Assembly (NCBI GenBank): GCA_963796415.1
Contig: CAWCLR010000019.1
Location: 84,928 to 148,927, forward strand
From: an uncultured Acidimicrobiales bacterium
Lineage (GTDB): Bacteria; Actinomycetota; Acidimicrobiia; Acidimicrobiales; VFJN01
Reading direction: 5' to 3'
Length of the DNA stretch: 64,000 nt
Position numbers and translations under genes: made by a program. The notes under the pieces are model-generated. The model made no database searches. It saw only the letters and a list, made by a program, of their open reading frames with translations, and was not told the origin of the DNA. This document shows, piece by piece, positions 47,402 through 56,179 of this stretch (position 1 is its first letter; each line of letters starts with the position of its first letter).

Positions 47402-48469
47402 CTACTTCCTCTTCTTCTTCTTGCGCGAGCGGGGGTGGGGTTTGGCCCCCGAGGCCCCTGCGCCAGCGGTCGCCCTGTCGGCGGGCTTGGCGTCCTGCGG
47501 CTTGGCCGAGGACCCGTTGCCGCTCGCCTTGGCCGACGTCTTCGACGCGGTCTTCCTGCCGGTGGCGTCGACCTTCTTCGCCGCGCCGCCCTTGCTGGCG
47601 GCCTCCTTCTTCTTGGCCTCGCGCAGCTCGGCCATGGCTTTCTGCGCCTGGGCGCCCACCGAGTCCTCGCCGTGGTAGAGCGAGCGGGTGATGTAGTGCT
47701 GCTGGCCGACGCGCCACAGCGTCGAGACCAGGAAGTAGACGCAGATGGCGGCGGGGCTGACGAACGCGAAGAACACGTACATCAGCGGCCCGATGCGCAT
47801 CATCAGCTGCTGCTGCTGGCTGACCTCGGCGCCGGCGTTGCGACCCATGATCTGCCGCTGCTGGTACCAGCTGAGGAAGGCGATGACGGCGACGATGAAG
47901 ATGTACGGCAGGGCATGGAGGAAGCCCCCGCTCAGCGCCTCGGCGGGGCTCTGCGAGAGATCCACGCCGAAGGAGTTCATGTGGTCCTGGCCGAGCAGCG
48001 CCTGGTACAGCTCGTCGGAGCTGTTGAGGTACTTCGGCTGGAACCCCTCGGTGACGGTCACGCCGCCCGGGACGTACTGCGAGTAGTCGGCCTCGATGAT
48101 CTTCTGGACCGCGACGAACTTGGCGGGGTTGGTCAGGCCGCGGACGACGTAGAACAGGATCGAGAACACCGGCGCCTGGATCAGCAGCGGGAGGCAGCCG
48201 CCGACCGGATTGATCTCGTGCTCCTTGTAGAACGCCATCAGCTCCTCGTTGAGCTTCTGGCGGTCGTCCTTGTACTGGAGCTGCAAGCGGCGGATCTCGG
48301 GCTGCAGCCGCTGCATCTCGATCATGGACCGCGTGCCCTTGAGCGTCAGCGGCGTCGTGATGATCATCACGACACACGTCAGGAGCGCGATCGCGATCGC
48401 GTAGTTCGGGACGAGGGTGTAGAAGAAGTTGAGCGTCCCGGAGACGATTTCGAAGAGGCCGTCGAGCAT
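47402..48469 (-). CDS. yidC: Membrane protein insertase YidC
   Basis: Contains PLTLKGTRSMIEMQRLQPE...YKEHEINPVGGCLPLLIQAPVF and a Lys-rich C-terminal tail. Confidence 0.95.
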   Translation of the reverse strand: MLDGLFEIVSGTLNFFYTLVPNYAIAIALLTCVVMIITTPLTLKGTRSMIEMQRLQPEIRRLQLQYKDDRQKLNEELMAFYKEHEINPVGGCLPLLIQAPVFSILFYVVRGLTNPAKFVAVQKIIEADYSQYVPGGVTVTEGFQPKYLNSSDELYQALLGQDHMNSFGVDLSQSPAEALSGGFLHALPYIFIVAVIAFLSWYQQRQIMGRNAGAEVSQQQQLMMRIGPLMYVFFAFVSPAAICVYFLVSTLWRVGQQHYITRSLYHGEDSVGAQAQKAMAELREAKKKEAASKGGAAKKVDATGRKTASKTSAKASGNGSSAKPQDAKPADRATAGAGASGAKPHPRSRKKKKRK

Positions 48470-48696
48470 CAGTGCTTTCCTTCAGGGACCGGGTCCCACC
48501 CGTGACCGCCCCACGGGTGGCAGCGGCACAGGCGGCGGACGGCGAGTGCGCTCCCGCGCACGGCACCGTGGACCTCGAGCGCATCGAGCGCGTAGTTGGA
48601 GCAGGTGGGGATGTAGCGGCAGGGCGAGGGGCGCCCGCCTGTGACCCTCTGGTAGAGGCGCACGCCCCGGTGCAGGATCCGAGCGACCGGGCTCAT
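48469..48696 (-). CDS. yidD: Membrane protein insertion efficiency factor YidD
   Basis: Contains [11 protein letters not shown]...[13 protein letters not shown]; 75 aa. Confidence 0.92.
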   Translation of the reverse strand: MSPVARILHRGVRLYQRVTGGRPSPCRYIPTCSNYALDALEVHGAVRGSALAVRRLCRCHPWGGHGWDPVPEGKH

Positions 48697-49046
48697 CGCC
48701 GCACCACACCGGACGCGGGGTCGTCGGTCGCGGCCACCAGCGCCGAGCCGAGGTCGGCGCGCAGCTCGCCGTAGGAGCGCTGCGTGGCCTCGGGCCGCAG
48801 GCTCACCAGGTAGGCGCCCGTAGGAAGCCCGCCGGTCGTCACGTCGATCTCACGGGCGGCGGCACGCAGACGGCGGCGCAGGCGGTTCCGGACCACGGCG
48901 GGACCGACGCGGCGCCCGATCGCGTAGGCGATGCGGACCTCGGTGCCGCCCGGGACATAGGCGACCGTCATCGGCCCGCGCCGAGCCCGGCGCGGGGTGC
49001 GCCGGAGGGCATCGAAGGTTTCACGGTCACCGACGCGCCCGATCAG
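48693..49046 (-). CDS. rnpA: Ribonuclease P protein component; start codon non-canonical or unresolved
   Basis: RNR motif [11 protein letters not shown]. The N-terminal conserved part ([13 protein letters not shown]) precedes the only in-frame ATG (48971). A CTG at 49046 overlaps the rpmH stop. Confidence 0.8.
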   Translation of the reverse strand: MIGRVGDRETFDALRRTPRRARRGPMTVAYVPGGTEVRIAYAIGRRVGPAVVRNRLRRRLRAAAREIDVTTGGLPTGAYLVSLRPEATQRSYGELRADLGSALVAATDDPASGVVRR

Positions 49047-49177
49047 GCCGACAGTCGTGTGCGGCCCTTCTGGCGCCGGGCGCGGACGATCGCCCGACCC
49101 GCGCGGCTGCTCATGCGGTGACGGAAACCGTGGCGGGTGGCCCGCCGGCGCTTGTTTGGCTGATAGGTGCGCTTCAC
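49043..49177 (-). CDS. rpmH: 50S ribosomal protein L34
   Basis: The GTG start gives [52 protein letters not shown] lies upstream. Too short for the ORF track. Confidence 0.95.
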   Translation of the reverse strand: MKRTYQPNKRRRATRHGFRHRMSSRAGRAIVRARRQKGRTRLSA

Positions 49178-49365
49178 TGTGGGCCTCCTCGGCCCCGCGG
49201 CCTCCTCGCGTCATGAGCGGGGCCTGCGGCGACAATGGGTCATGGATCGCGTTCGTATGAACGTTCGAGGTGACGCGCGGCGCGGACGCACCGGCGTCGG
49301 TGCGGGACAACGGTAGAGGCCACGGCCGTGAATGCGCCAACCTGGAACGGGTCGTCCGACGCCCG

Positions 49366-49589
49366 TCATCCACACGCTCCCCCAGGATCCTCTCCCCATC
49401 CCTGTGGACGACCCTGGTCGGTAGCGCCGGCTGGTGCTACGTTTCGGCCGCCTCACCCCCTGGGGGACGGGGCCCAGAGCCGGGGGCCTCGCCGCCGACC
49501 GGCAGGTCGACGGCTCCCCGACACCCGGCGGCTACCTGGGGTCAACAACTTGTGCGGTCGTCCACAAGTGTGGACGGTGCTGTGGACGA
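49366..49589. promoter_or_regulatory. DnaA-box cluster in the rpmH-dnaA spacer (dnaA promoter/autoregulation region)
   Basis: TCATCCACA (49366-49374), TGTGGACGA (49403-49411), TCGTCCACA (49558-49566), TGTGGACGG (49569-49577) and TGTGGACGA (49581-49589). Confidence 0.6.
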
Positions 49590-49621
49590 CACGCACGGGC
49601 GGAGGAGGACGATCTGACGTG

Positions 49622-51048
49622 ATGAGCGATGCGCACCGCTTGTGGAACATGTGCGCCGCGCTCTTGCGTGCCCAGGTGTCCGACCCCGTGTGGCACACCG
49701 CGTTCGAAGGAGTCCGCGCCGTGGACTTCGACGGCCGGGCCCTCACGCTGGGCGTGTCGAGCCCGTTGGCCAAGGAGCGCATCGAGGGCCGGTACCTCGG
49801 GCTGGTCCGCGACGCGCTGACCGAGGCCGGCGCGGCCCACGTGGAGCTGCTGCTGCGGATCGAGCCACCCGAACCGCCCTCGCTGTGGACCGTGCCTCCG
49901 CCCCCGCCCGCGGCGACGGCGTCACCGGCGTTCGGCCCGCCGCCCACCGGAGTGCCAGGGCCGGGTTCGGTCGACGGCGCTCGTGCCGTCGAGGGCGACA
50001 TGCCGTCGGGCGCGCCCCCGGCGACATCGAGCTGAACCCCCGTTACACGTTCGAGAACTTCGTGATCGGCGGGTCGAACCGGTTCGCCCACGCCGCGGCC
50101 CAGTCGGTCGCCGAGATGCCGGCCCGGCGGTGGAACCCGTTGTTCATCTACGGCGACGCCGGCCTCGGCAAGACGCACCTGCTCCAGGCCATCGCCAGCT
50201 ACGTGAACGACAACTACCCGGCCTACCGGGTGCGCTACGTCACCTCCGAGACCTTCCTCAACGAGTTCATCGACTCGATGCAGTCGGGCAGCCGCGACGC
50301 CTTCAAGCGCCGCTACCGCGACATCGACGTCCTGCTCGTCGACGACGTGCAGTTCTTCCAGGGCAAGCAGGAGACGCTCGAAGAGTTCTTCCACACCTTC
50401 AACCACCTGCACCAGACCAACCGCCAGATCGTGCTGTCGTCCGACCGTGCCCCCGACCAGATCGGGTTCGAGGACCGCCTGCGCAGCCGGTTCCAGCAGG
50501 GTCTGCTCACCGACATCCAGCCACCCGAGCTCGAGACCCGCCTGGCGATCCTGCGCAAGAAGGCCGAGCTCGAGACCGCCCGTATTCCGGCCGACGTCCT
50601 CGAGTTCATCGCCGCCAACATCAAAGACAACATCCGTGTGCTCGAGGGCGCGCTCATCCGGGTGTCCGCGTTCGCCAGCCTCACGCACGAGCCGATCACC
50701 GTCGACCGGGCCACCCAGGTCCTGAACGACCTGCTCAGCGAGAACCAGCCCCGGCCGATCACGCCACAGCTCATCCTCGACGAGGCGTCCGCGCAGTTCG
50801 GGTTCGCCGTCGAGGAGCTGAAGAGCAAGCACCGCCAGCGGCCGCTCGTGACCGCCCGGCAGATCGCGATGTACGTCATGCGCGAGCTGACCGAGCTGTC
50901 GTACCCCAACATCGCCCGCGAGTTCGGCGGCCGCGACCACACGACGGTGATCCACGCGGTCGAGAAGATCGGCGCGCTCATGTCCAAGGACCACCAGATC
51001 TACGACCAGGTGACCCGGCTCATGAAAACCGTCCGCCAAGGTGACTGA
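49622..51048 (+). CDS. dnaA: Chromosomal replication initiator DnaA; frame disrupted in a C5 run near 50016-50020
   Basis: Domain I (MSDAHRLWNMCAALLRAQVSDPVWHTAFEG...) is in frame 2 and runs into a stop at 50035. The AAA+ and DNA-binding domains (NPRYTFENFVIG, GDAGLGKTHLL, HTTVIHA) are in frame 1 to 51048. Confidence 0.92.
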
Positions 51049-51312
51049 CCACAGGCCGACCGGCACCGAGCCCCGACGGTGGACAACGCCGGGGACGGCC
51101 TGTGGACGCCCGTCGCCGGGCGGTGGACGACCGCCGCGCTATCCCCACCGGCATCACGCGCGCACCCTCCCGGCTGTGGGAGCCTGGGGACGACACGGGG
51201 ACGGCGATCGGGCCCGTGACCTGCGACGACGTTCGGTCATCCACAATCCACAGCCCCTACTACTACTTCTTCTGGTTCTGTTCATACCCACTCGGCAGAG
51301 AAAGAGAGCGAC
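51049..51312. other. Candidate oriC (dnaA-dnaN spacer): DnaA boxes plus AT-rich unwinding element
   Basis: Boxes GGTGGACAA (51078-86), TGTGGACGC (51101-09), GGTGGACGA (51122-30), TCATCCACA (51237-45) and AATCCACAG (51245-53). The AT-rich tract ctactactacttcttctggttctgttcataccc spans about 51257-51290. Confidence 0.7.
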
Positions 51313-52413
51313 GTGAAGTTCCGATGCGAGCGAGACGTCCTCGTCGAGGCGCTCGGCACGGCAGGACGGGCCACGGCCAGCCGCGGCGGAGCGCTGCCGG
51401 TCCTGGCCGGGATCCGCACCGAGCTCCAAGGTGACGCACTGACGCTCACCGGCCACGACCTCGAGCTGACGATCTCGGTGACGATCCGCGACGGCGTGAA
51501 GGGCAGCGAGGACGGGGTCGCGGTCCTGCCGTCGCGCCTGGTGTCCGATGTCGTGAAGTCGCTGCCCAGCGGTGCGGTCGAGGTCGACATCGACGGCGAG
51601 CAGGCGCGCATCACAGCCTCGCGCTCCGAGTTCTCGCTGCGGGTGTTCCCGGTCGACGAGTTCCCCCGCCTCCCCGAACCGGTGGCCGACGGTGTGACCC
51701 TCGACGCCGGCGAGCTGGCAGCGGCCCTCCGCCAGGTGGTGCCGGCCGCGTCCGGCGACGACGCCCGGCCGATCCTCACCGGCGTCCTGGTGACCGCCGA
51801 GTCCGACGGCCTGCGCCTCGTCGCCACCGACTCCTACCGCCTTGCCGTGCGGGACCTGCCGGGCCAGAGCGTCCTCAGCGAAGGCCAGTCCGTCCTCGTG
51901 CCGTCCCGTGCGCTCAACGACCTCACGCGTGTGCTCACCGGCGTGAACGAGTTGACCCTGCACCTCGGCGAGCGTGACGCCACGTTCGAGGCCGGGCCGG
52001 TGCGGCTGACCACGATGCTCATCGAGGGCGACTTCCCGAACTACAAGGGCCTCATCCCGTCGGCCCACCCCAACCGGCTGACCGTCAGCCGCGAGGCGCT
52101 GCTCGAGGGCGTCCGCCGGGTGAAGCTGCTCGCCCGCGAGGCCACCCCCGTGCGACTCGCCATGACGAACGACGGCCTCGACCTCGTGGCGGTGACGCAG
52201 GACGTCGGCCAGGCGCACGAGTCGCTCGACGCCAAGTACGAGGGGGCCGAGCTCACCGTGGCGTTCAACCCCGAATACCTGTTGCAGGGCATCGAGGTGC
52301 TGCCGGGCGACGAGGTGCTGCTCGAGACCGTCGACTCGCTCAAGCCGGCGCTCGTGAAGAGCCCCGAGCACCCCGAGTTCCTGTACCTGCTGATGCCGGT
52401 GCGCGTCAGCTAG
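51313..52413 (+). CDS. dnaN: DNA polymerase III beta sliding clamp
   Basis: GTG start. MKFRCERDVLVEAL..., 366 aa, conserved position, C-terminal LMPVRV. Confidence 0.95.
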   Translation: MKFRCERDVLVEALGTAGRATASRGGALPVLAGIRTELQGDALTLTGHDLELTISVTIRDGVKGSEDGVAVLPSRLVSDVVKSLPSGAVEVDIDGEQARITASRSEFSLRVFPVDEFPRLPEPVADGVTLDAGELAAALRQVVPAASGDDARPILTGVLVTAESDGLRLVATDSYRLAVRDLPGQSVLSEGQSVLVPSRALNDLTRVLTGVNELTLHLGERDATFEAGPVRLTTMLIEGDFPNYKGLIPSAHPNRLTVSREALLEGVRRVKLLAREATPVRLAMTNDGLDLVAVTQDVGQAHESLDAKYEGAELTVAFNPEYLLQGIEVLPGDEVLLETVDSLKPALVKSPEHPEFLYLLMPVRVS

Positions 52414-52438
52414 TGGAGCCCTAGGGCATCCTGCGCGC

Positions 52439-53581
52439 GTGCAGGTCCGCACCCTCTGGCTGACCGACTTCCGCAGCTACACCTCGACGCAGCTGGACCT
52501 CGGGCCCGGCCTCACCGCGCTCGTCGGCGCCAACGGCGAGGGCAAGACCAACCTGCTCGAGGCGCTCGCATGGCTGGCGACGCTCTCGTCGTTCCGCGGC
52601 GCGCCCACCGACGCCCTCGTCCGCCGGGGCGCGCCGTTCGCGGTCGTGCGCGCCCTCGCCGACCGTGAGGGCCGCGAGCTGCTGGTCGAGGCGCAGCTGC
52701 AGCCCAACGGGCGGAACCGGGTGCTCGTCAACCGCCAGCCGCTGCGCCGGGCACGCGACCTGCTGGGGTACCTGCGGGTGTCGGTGTTCACGCCCGACGA
52801 CCTGGCGATCGTGAAGGACGGCCCGGGGGAGCGGCGACGTTTCCTCGACGACGCCCTCGTGAGCCTGCACCCCCGCAACGACGGGCTGCGCGCCGAGGTC
52901 GACAAGGTGCTGCGCCAACGCAACGCCCTGCTCAAGCAGACCGCCGGCCGCCTCGACGAGTCGACCGCGTTCACGCTCGACGTCTGGGACGACAAGCTGG
53001 CCTCCGCCGGCGCGGCCCTGGTCGCGGCCCGTGTCGACCTGCTCGACCGGATGCGCCCGATGCTCGGCGCGATCTACGACGCCCTGGCCCGCCGGCCGGC
53101 CAGGGTCGAGGCCGCGTACGACTCGGCGTGGGCGGGGGCGACCGCGGCGCCTGTGCCTGCGGGGGCACCGGGTGGCGCTGTCGACCGGGAGGCCGCGCTG
53201 GGCTCGGGCCTGGCCGCGGCGCTGGCGGCGGCCCGGTCCGACGACGTCCGCCGCGGCGTGTCGACCGTGGGTCCGCACCGCGACGAGGTGGCGCTGTCGA
53301 TCGGCGGCGCCCCCGCGCGCACGCAGGCCAGCCAGGGCGAGCAGCGGACACTGGCGCTGGCGCTCCGGCTGGCCGTGCACCACGTCGTGACCGCCGCGGT
53401 CGACTCGCCGCCGGTGCTGCTGCTCGACGACGTGTTCTCGGAGCTCGATCCCGACCGGAGCGCCGCGCTGTTGGCCAACCTCCCCGCCGGCCAGACGCTG
53501 CTGACCACGGCCTCGGGGCTGCCGCCGGGCGCCCACCCCGACGTGGTGCTCCACCTGGTCGACGGCGAGCTGCGCCCGTGA
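52439..53581 (+). CDS. recF: DNA replication/repair protein RecF
   Basis: Walker A GANGEGKTNLLEA, signature SQGEQRTLALALRLA and Walker B LLLDDVFSELD. Confidence 0.95.
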   Translation: MQVRTLWLTDFRSYTSTQLDLGPGLTALVGANGEGKTNLLEALAWLATLSSFRGAPTDALVRRGAPFAVVRALADREGRELLVEAQLQPNGRNRVLVNRQPLRRARDLLGYLRVSVFTPDDLAIVKDGPGERRRFLDDALVSLHPRNDGLRAEVDKVLRQRNALLKQTAGRLDESTAFTLDVWDDKLASAGAALVAARVDLLDRMRPMLGAIYDALARRPARVEAAYDSAWAGATAAPVPAGAPGGAVDREAALGSGLAAALAAARSDDVRRGVSTVGPHRDEVALSIGGAPARTQASQGEQRTLALALRLAVHHVVTAAVDSPPVLLLDDVFSELDPDRSAALLANLPAGQTLLTTASGLPPGAHPDVVLHLVDGELRP

Positions 53582-53667
53582 GCCCAGCGTCGCCGCGCTG
53601 AGCGCGCCCGCCGAGCCGCCGGACGCCGGCCCTGGCCGATCGGGCCGCGCCGATCCGGGGCGACGCC

Positions 53668-54051
53668 GTGTGGTTCACTTGCTCCGTGGCATGGCGTCCC
53701 CTTCCCGGCGGTCCGCCGGCCCCGGTGCGGTTGGGGGACACGATCGACCGCGTCCTGGCCCGTCTCGGCGCCCCGTCGCGGGCGGGCGTCGAGGTGGTGT
53801 TCGAGCGCTGGGCTGATGTGGTGGGCGAGTCGATGGCGGCCCGCACCCGGCCCGTCTCGATCGACGGCTCGTCGCTCGTGGTCCTGTGCGACGACCCCGC
53901 GCTGACCACCCACGTGCGGTTCCTCGAGCCCCAGCTCGTGGCCCGCCTGGCGGAGCTGGCGGGCGAGCGTCACATCACCCGCGTCGAGGTCCGCGTCGAC
54001 CGCCGAAGGGGCCCGGCGCGAGCGCCGCGTCGCCCCGCGCCACGGCGCTGA
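53668..54051 (+). CDS. DUF721-family protein (DciA-like, Rv0004 position)
   Basis: Lies between recF and gyrB. Contains LGDTIDRVLARLG...VFERWADVVGE...SLVVLCDDPALTTHVRFLEPQL, typical of DUF721. Start uncertain. Confidence 0.7.
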   Translation: MWFTCSVAWRPLPGGPPAPVRLGDTIDRVLARLGAPSRAGVEVVFERWADVVGESMAARTRPVSIDGSSLVVLCDDPALTTHVRFLEPQLVARLAELAGERHITRVEVRVDRRRGPARAPRRPAPRR

Positions 54052-54238
54052 CGGCAGGGGTCGGACCCTGCTCCCCCATCGTCGGGAACGTCGTACCCAG
54101 CTGGTAGGCTGGTCCCGTTGTGATTTGCGGGTCTGACCAGGCAAAAGCCCGGGAAGCACGTCGAAACTCCGACAGGAAATCGGTCTCCTCGGCGCCGGTC
54201 GCCCGCCCGTAGAACTCACCCCGACAGAAGGGCGCGCC

Positions 54239-56179
54239 TTGCCTCAGGGAAGCACCTCGTACGGAGCCAAGGACATGCAGGTCCTCGAGGGCCTCGACCC
54301 GGTCCGCAAGCGGCCGGGCATGTACATCGGCTCGACCGGTCCCTCTGGCCTCCACCACCTCGTGTGGGAGGTCGTCGACAACTCCGTCGACGAGGCCATG
54401 GCCGGCTACTCCGACCGCATCGACATCACACTGCTGGCCGACGGCGGCTGCCGCGTCGTCGACAACGGCCGCGGCATCCCCACCGACATCAACCCGCAGC
54501 ACAAGCTCTCGGGCGTCGAGATCGCGCTGACCAAGCTGCACGGTGGCGGCAAGTTCGGGGGCGACGGCTACAAGGTGTCGGGCGGCCTGCACGGCGTGGG
54601 CGTCTCGGTGGTCAACGCGCTCTCGCGCAAGCTGATCGTCGAGGTCGACCGCGACGGCAAGCGCCACACCATGACGTTCGCCGACGGGGGCAAGCCGCAG
54701 GGCAAGCTGAAGCTCACCGGCGAGTCGCCCCGCAACGGCCGCTCGGGCCCCCGGCGGGGCACGACTGTCACGTTCTGGCCCGACGGCACCGTGTTCGAGA
54801 CCGTCGAGTTCTCCGCCCGCACCATCCTCGAGCGCCTGCAGATGATGGCGTTCCTCAACAAGGGCCTCGAGATCCGCTTCCGCGACGAGCGGCCCGACCA
54901 CGACAACGAGCCGGTGGTCTTCAAGTACGCGGGCGGCATCGTCGACTTCGTCAAGCACGTCAACAAGACGAAGGAGAGCCTGTTCTCGAAGGTCGGCTAC
55001 TACGCCGACCAGGACGCGACGTCCGAGGTCGAGGTCGCGTTCCAGTGGAACACGGGCTACAACACCGACGGCATCCACAGCTTCGCCAACGGCATCAACA
55101 CGGTCGAGGGCGGCACGCACGTCGAGGGCTTCAAGGCCGCGCTCACCACGGCGGTCAACAAGTACGCCCGGGCCAAGGGACAGCTCAAGGAGAAGGACCC
55201 CAACCTGGCGGGGGAGGACATCCGCGAGGGCATCACCTCCATCGTGTCGGTGCGCCTGCGCGACCCCCAGTTCGAGGGGCAGACCAAGGCCAAGCTGGGC
55301 AACACCTCCATGAAGACGCTGGTGCAGAGGGCCACCAACGAGAAGCTGGGCGACTGGCTCGAGGAGAACCCCACCGAGGCCAACAAGATCGTCCGCAAGG
55401 GCATCGCCGCCGCCCAGGCCCGCGACGCGGCGAAGAAGGCCCGCAACCTGGTGCGGTCCAAGTCGCTGCTCGACGGCGCCGGCATGCCCGACAAGCTCAA
55501 GGACTGCTCGTCGAAGAACCGCGACGAGCGCGAGCTGTTCATCGTCGAGGGTGACTCCGCCGGCGGTTCGGCGGCCAAGGCCCGCAACCCCGCGACCCAG
55601 GCGATCCTGCCCATCCGGGGCAAGATCCTCAACGTCGAGCGGGCCCGCATCGACCGCATGCTCCGCAACAACGAGATCCAGTCGCTGATCTCGGCCATCG
55701 GTGCCGGCCTGGGCGACGAGTTCGACCTCGACAAGCGCCGCTACGACAAGGTCTGCATCCTCACCGACGCCGACGTCGACGGCTCCCACATCCGGACGCT
55801 GTTGCTCACGTTCTTCTTCCGGCAGATGAAGCCTCTGGTCGAGCAGGGCCACATCTACATCTGCGAGCCGCCGCTCTACTCGACCGAGGTCGGCAAGGAG
55901 AGGACGTACCTCAAAGACGACGCGGCCAAGGCCCGGTTCCTGGCCGAGCACCCCAACCACAAGAAGGACTTCCAGCGCCTGAAGGGCCTCGGCGAGATGG
56001 ACTGGGAAGAGCTCAAGCTCACCACCATGGACGACACCTACCGCACGTTGCTGCAGGTGAACGTCGAGCAGGCGGCGTTGGCCGACGAGGTGCTGTCGAT
56101 CCTGATGGGTGAGGACGTCGAGTCCCGCAAGCACTTCATCCAGACCAACGCCAAGGACGCAAGGTTCGTGGACATCTGA
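54239..56179 (+). CDS. gyrB: DNA gyrase subunit B
   Basis: Contains LEGLDPVRKRPGMYIG, HHLVWEVVDNSVDE, EGDSAGG and PLRGKILNV-type motifs; 646 aa. TTG start as in the track. Confidence 0.95.
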   Translation: MPQGSTSYGAKDMQVLEGLDPVRKRPGMYIGSTGPSGLHHLVWEVVDNSVDEAMAGYSDRIDITLLADGGCRVVDNGRGIPTDINPQHKLSGVEIALTKLHGGGKFGGDGYKVSGGLHGVGVSVVNALSRKLIVEVDRDGKRHTMTFADGGKPQGKLKLTGESPRNGRSGPRRGTTVTFWPDGTVFETVEFSARTILERLQMMAFLNKGLEIRFRDERPDHDNEPVVFKYAGGIVDFVKHVNKTKESLFSKVGYYADQDATSEVEVAFQWNTGYNTDGIHSFANGINTVEGGTHVEGFKAALTTAVNKYARAKGQLKEKDPNLAGEDIREGITSIVSVRLRDPQFEGQTKAKLGNTSMKTLVQRATNEKLGDWLEENPTEANKIVRKGIAAAQARDAAKKARNLVRSKSLLDGAGMPDKLKDCSSKNRDERELFIVEGDSAGGSAAKARNPATQAILPIRGKILNVERARIDRMLRNNEIQSLISAIGAGLGDEFDLDKRRYDKVCILTDADVDGSHIRTLLLTFFFRQMKPLVEQGHIYICEPPLYSTEVGKERTYLKDDAAKARFLAEHPNHKKDFQRLKGLGEMDWEELKLTTMDDTYRTLLQVNVEQAALADEVLSILMGEDVESRKHFIQTNAKDARFVDI

